Shown here: piece after piece, positions 24,037 through 26,118 of the stretch | Numbering within the stretch: position 1 is the stretch's first letter | How the letters are laid out: each line of letters begins with the position of its first letter | Origin: a virus | Lineage: Duplodnaviria; Caudoviricetes | Reading direction: 5' to 3' (one strand) | IMG/VR virus record: IMGVR_UViG_3300031565_004791 | Coordinates: 1-26,118 of that record | DNA: 26,118 nucleotides | Program-made: the position numbers and the translations under genes | The notes under the pieces: generated by a model | Seen by the model: the letters and a program-made list of their open reading frames with translations, nothing else | Database searches by the model: none | Told to the model about the DNA's origin: nothing

Positions 24037-24428
24037 GCGTACCTCTGTCGGATAGCGGCCGCGACGACTCTGCACATGTCTAGCGCTTCGTGGTCGATGG
24101 GTCCGTCGGGCTCGAAAATTGGGGGCTTGGCCGTCGCGTTGTCGAGCGCCCAAAGCGCAGCGTCGACCTCGCGCTCGGTCAGCTCCGACCCGCGGGAGTG
24201 GTCGCCGAGCGCCCAAAGCGCCGCCTTCCACACCTGCCACGTCGTAGCCACGGCCGGGTTGGCAGCGCGCATCGCGCGCCGCAGGTACCCGAGCCGTTCG
24301 ATGTCGCTGAGGCACGGCCCTTCCTCGAGCGCCGTGACATCGGGGTCAAGGAAGTCCTCCCACGTGCCCGTGATGCCGTCCGCGATGTCCTGCGCCTCCC
24401 AGGCGTCGGCAAGGTCACGAGCGCCCAC
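24033..24428 (-). CDS. Hypothetical protein (131 aa)
   Basis: GGGAGG RBS 6 nt upstream of GTG; stop overlaps dnaB start. Confidence 0.6.
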   Translation of the reverse strand: MGARDLADAWEAQDIADGITGTWEDFLDPDVTALEEGPCLSDIERLGYLRRAMRAANPAVATTWQVWKAALWALGDHSRGSELTEREVDAALWALDNATAKPPIFEPDGPIDHEALDMCRVVAAAIRQRYA

Positions 24429-24446
24429 GTCGAGCCTCCCGCGCGT

Positions 24447-25412
24447 TCATCCGAAAAGCCCCAGTTGGTCAGATCCTGCGTCCACGCTCGCGAGGTTGCG
24501 CGCAGCCTGCTCGTAGTAGCTGCGCTTGAGCTCGCACCCGACGAAACGCCGCTTCTCTTCCAGAGACACGTAGCCCTCGGAGCCGATGCCCGCAAACGGC
24601 GAAAGCACCACGTCGCCCGGATTGCTCCACAGCCGAAGGCACCGGCGGATCACGCCGAGTTGAAGCGGGCAGATGTGGCGCTCGTCGTCGTGCTCGCGCG
24701 CGCTGCGGTATTGCAGCGTGTCGCTCGGGTCGATGGTCGACGCGTCGTCGCGCGGATCGGTGTCGCCGCGACAGATCGCGAATCCCTCGTCGTCGACGCC
24801 GCGCGTCGTGACCCAGACCGGCGACGCGTATCGCTGCCAGACCTCGACGTCCGAGAGCAACCCTTTCCCCTTCTCTTCGTGGCCGATCGGCTCGACGTTC
24901 GGCGTCGGCTTTCGCAGCGTCACGACGTAGTCCGGGATACCCTGGCGACTCATCGACGAGTCCTTGCGGATCGTCTTGTGAAGCAGGCCTAGCGCCTTTG
25001 TTCTCTGCATCGCCGTGACGGGGTCTTTCCAGATGACGACCTCGGAGTGGAACACGAAGCCGACCGCCTGCATTGCGCGAATGAGGTCGCCTCGGAAGTC
25101 GCGTAGACCGATGAAACCGTCGCGACTCTTCGACGTGGGAAGCAGCATGCAGTGCATCGACACGAGCCGACCCGGTTTCAGCACGCGATAGAGCTCGGTC
25201 GCGAGGAATCCGAAGTGCGCGAAGAACTCGTCGTTGTCCCTGCAGTTGCCCATGTCGCGCGGGCTCGCACTGTACGTGTACAGGCTCGCGAACGGCGGCG
25301 AAAATACCGAGTAACCCACCGACTCGTCAGGCAACCCGCGCACGAGCTCCACGCAATCGCCTTGGTACAATGCGAAATTCTCGCCAATCGTCTGATCCAT
25401 CACTTGAGCCAT
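24447..25412 (-). CDS. DNA amino-methyltransferase (N4C/N6A, beta-class motif order), 321 aa
   Basis: ATG 25412 with GGAGG RBS; LYQGDC, motif IV SPPF preceding motif I VLSPFAGIGS, GCELK. Confidence 0.88.
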   Translation of the reverse strand: MAQVMDQTIGENFALYQGDCVELVRGLPDESVGYSVFSPPFASLYTYSASPRDMGNCRDNDEFFAHFGFLATELYRVLKPGRLVSMHCMLLPTSKSRDGFIGLRDFRGDLIRAMQAVGFVFHSEVVIWKDPVTAMQRTKALGLLHKTIRKDSSMSRQGIPDYVVTLRKPTPNVEPIGHEEKGKGLLSDVEVWQRYASPVWVTTRGVDDEGFAICRGDTDPRDDASTIDPSDTLQYRSAREHDDERHICPLQLGVIRRCLRLWSNPGDVVLSPFAGIGSEGYVSLEEKRRFVGCELKRSYYEQAARNLASVDAGSDQLGLFG

Positions 25413-26118
25413 GAGGGCACCTCCATCGTCTCGCTCGGTTGGTAGTCGTTCCACTGGCGCCTGGCGCCGCTCCCTGTCGCGTAGGACGCTTGCGAGACGT
25501 GCTCGAGCATCTGTCGCGACATCTCCTCCGCGTCGTCGTGCTTGCGTCTAAGGTTGCTGATGACCGCTCGCTCAGTCTCGGCAACGCACGTCCGCACGAT
25601 CACTTCGCGCTTCTGGCCGAATCGCCAGCATCGACGAATCGCCTGATACGTCTGCTCGTACGAGTGCGATGCTCCGACGAAGTATACCCGCGCGCAGTGC
25701 TGCCAGTTCAGGCCGAAGCCCGCGATGCTTGGCTTCGTCACGAGGACGCGAATCTGGCCGTCCGCGAACGCCAGGAGCTTGCGGGCCTTCTCGTCGGGTG
25801 AGTCGGACCCTGACACTTGCACCGCGTCGGGTACCGCTGACGTGATCGCGTCGCACTCTGCGTTGTACTCGCCCCACACGAGCGCCGGCTCATCATGCTC
25901 CAACGCAATCGCGTCGGCGATGGCTCGGACACGCGCCGCCTGCGTGGCCTTCCGCGTGTCGCGCTGGTCCGTGAGCGTGCGAGCGTCGTCGAGGAACAGT
26001 CGCCCGACCTCTCGCGCGTTGGCGTGATCGATGGCGATCACGAGCTCTTCGTGCGTCATCGGAGGCAACAAGAATCCGTCGTCGGAGTATCCAAGGTCCG
26101 ACGGCCGCTTGACCATTG
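25400..26118 (-). CDS. SNF2-like superfamily 2 helicase, C-terminal part (5' end outside window)
   Basis: VLVTKPSIAGFGLNWQ (motif V) and YQAIRRCWRFGQKREV (motif VI). Confidence 0.88.
   Translation of the reverse strand, partial: MVKRPSDLGYSDDGFLLPPMTHEELVIAIDHANAREVGRLFLDDARTLTDQRDTRKATQAARVRAIADAIALEHDEPALVWGEYNAECDAITSAVPDAVQVSGSDSPDEKARKLLAFADGQIRVLVTKPSIAGFGLNWQHCARVYFVGASHSYEQTYQAIRRCWRFGQKREVIVRTCVAETERAVISNLRRKHDDAEEMSRQMLEHVSQASYATGSGARRQWNDYQPSETMEVPSWLK

Overview
About 26 kb of a high-GC tailed dsDNA phage or prophage with a short-tailed (podovirus-like, P22/T7-type) layout. All credible genes are on the minus strand and most are coupled by ATGA/TGATG/GTGA overlaps. In transcription order (right to left): SNF2-like helicase (partial), amino-DNA methyltransferase, DnaB helicase, replication initiator with an internal iteron-like origin, RusA, TerS, TerL, portal, scaffold, an unusual accessory locus, major capsid protein (MCP), head-tail adaptor, nozzle, fibre-like genes, three ejection-type proteins, a LamG-like protein, an SGNH/SASA O-acetylesterase and a truncated membrane gene. 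The standout is 14517-15343, between scaffold and MCP. A TTGACA promoter there precedes a tRNA-shaped RNA with no CCA, a degenerate anticodon arm and a U19-A56 elbow pair. The unit [scaffold 3' tail]-[small orphan ORF]-[promoter + tRNA-like 5' half] occurs twice in tandem with different ORFs. The extra scaffold tail differs only at synonymous sites, which points to a cassette captured from a related phage. Protein calls rest on motifs and synteny read by eye; no database search was run.
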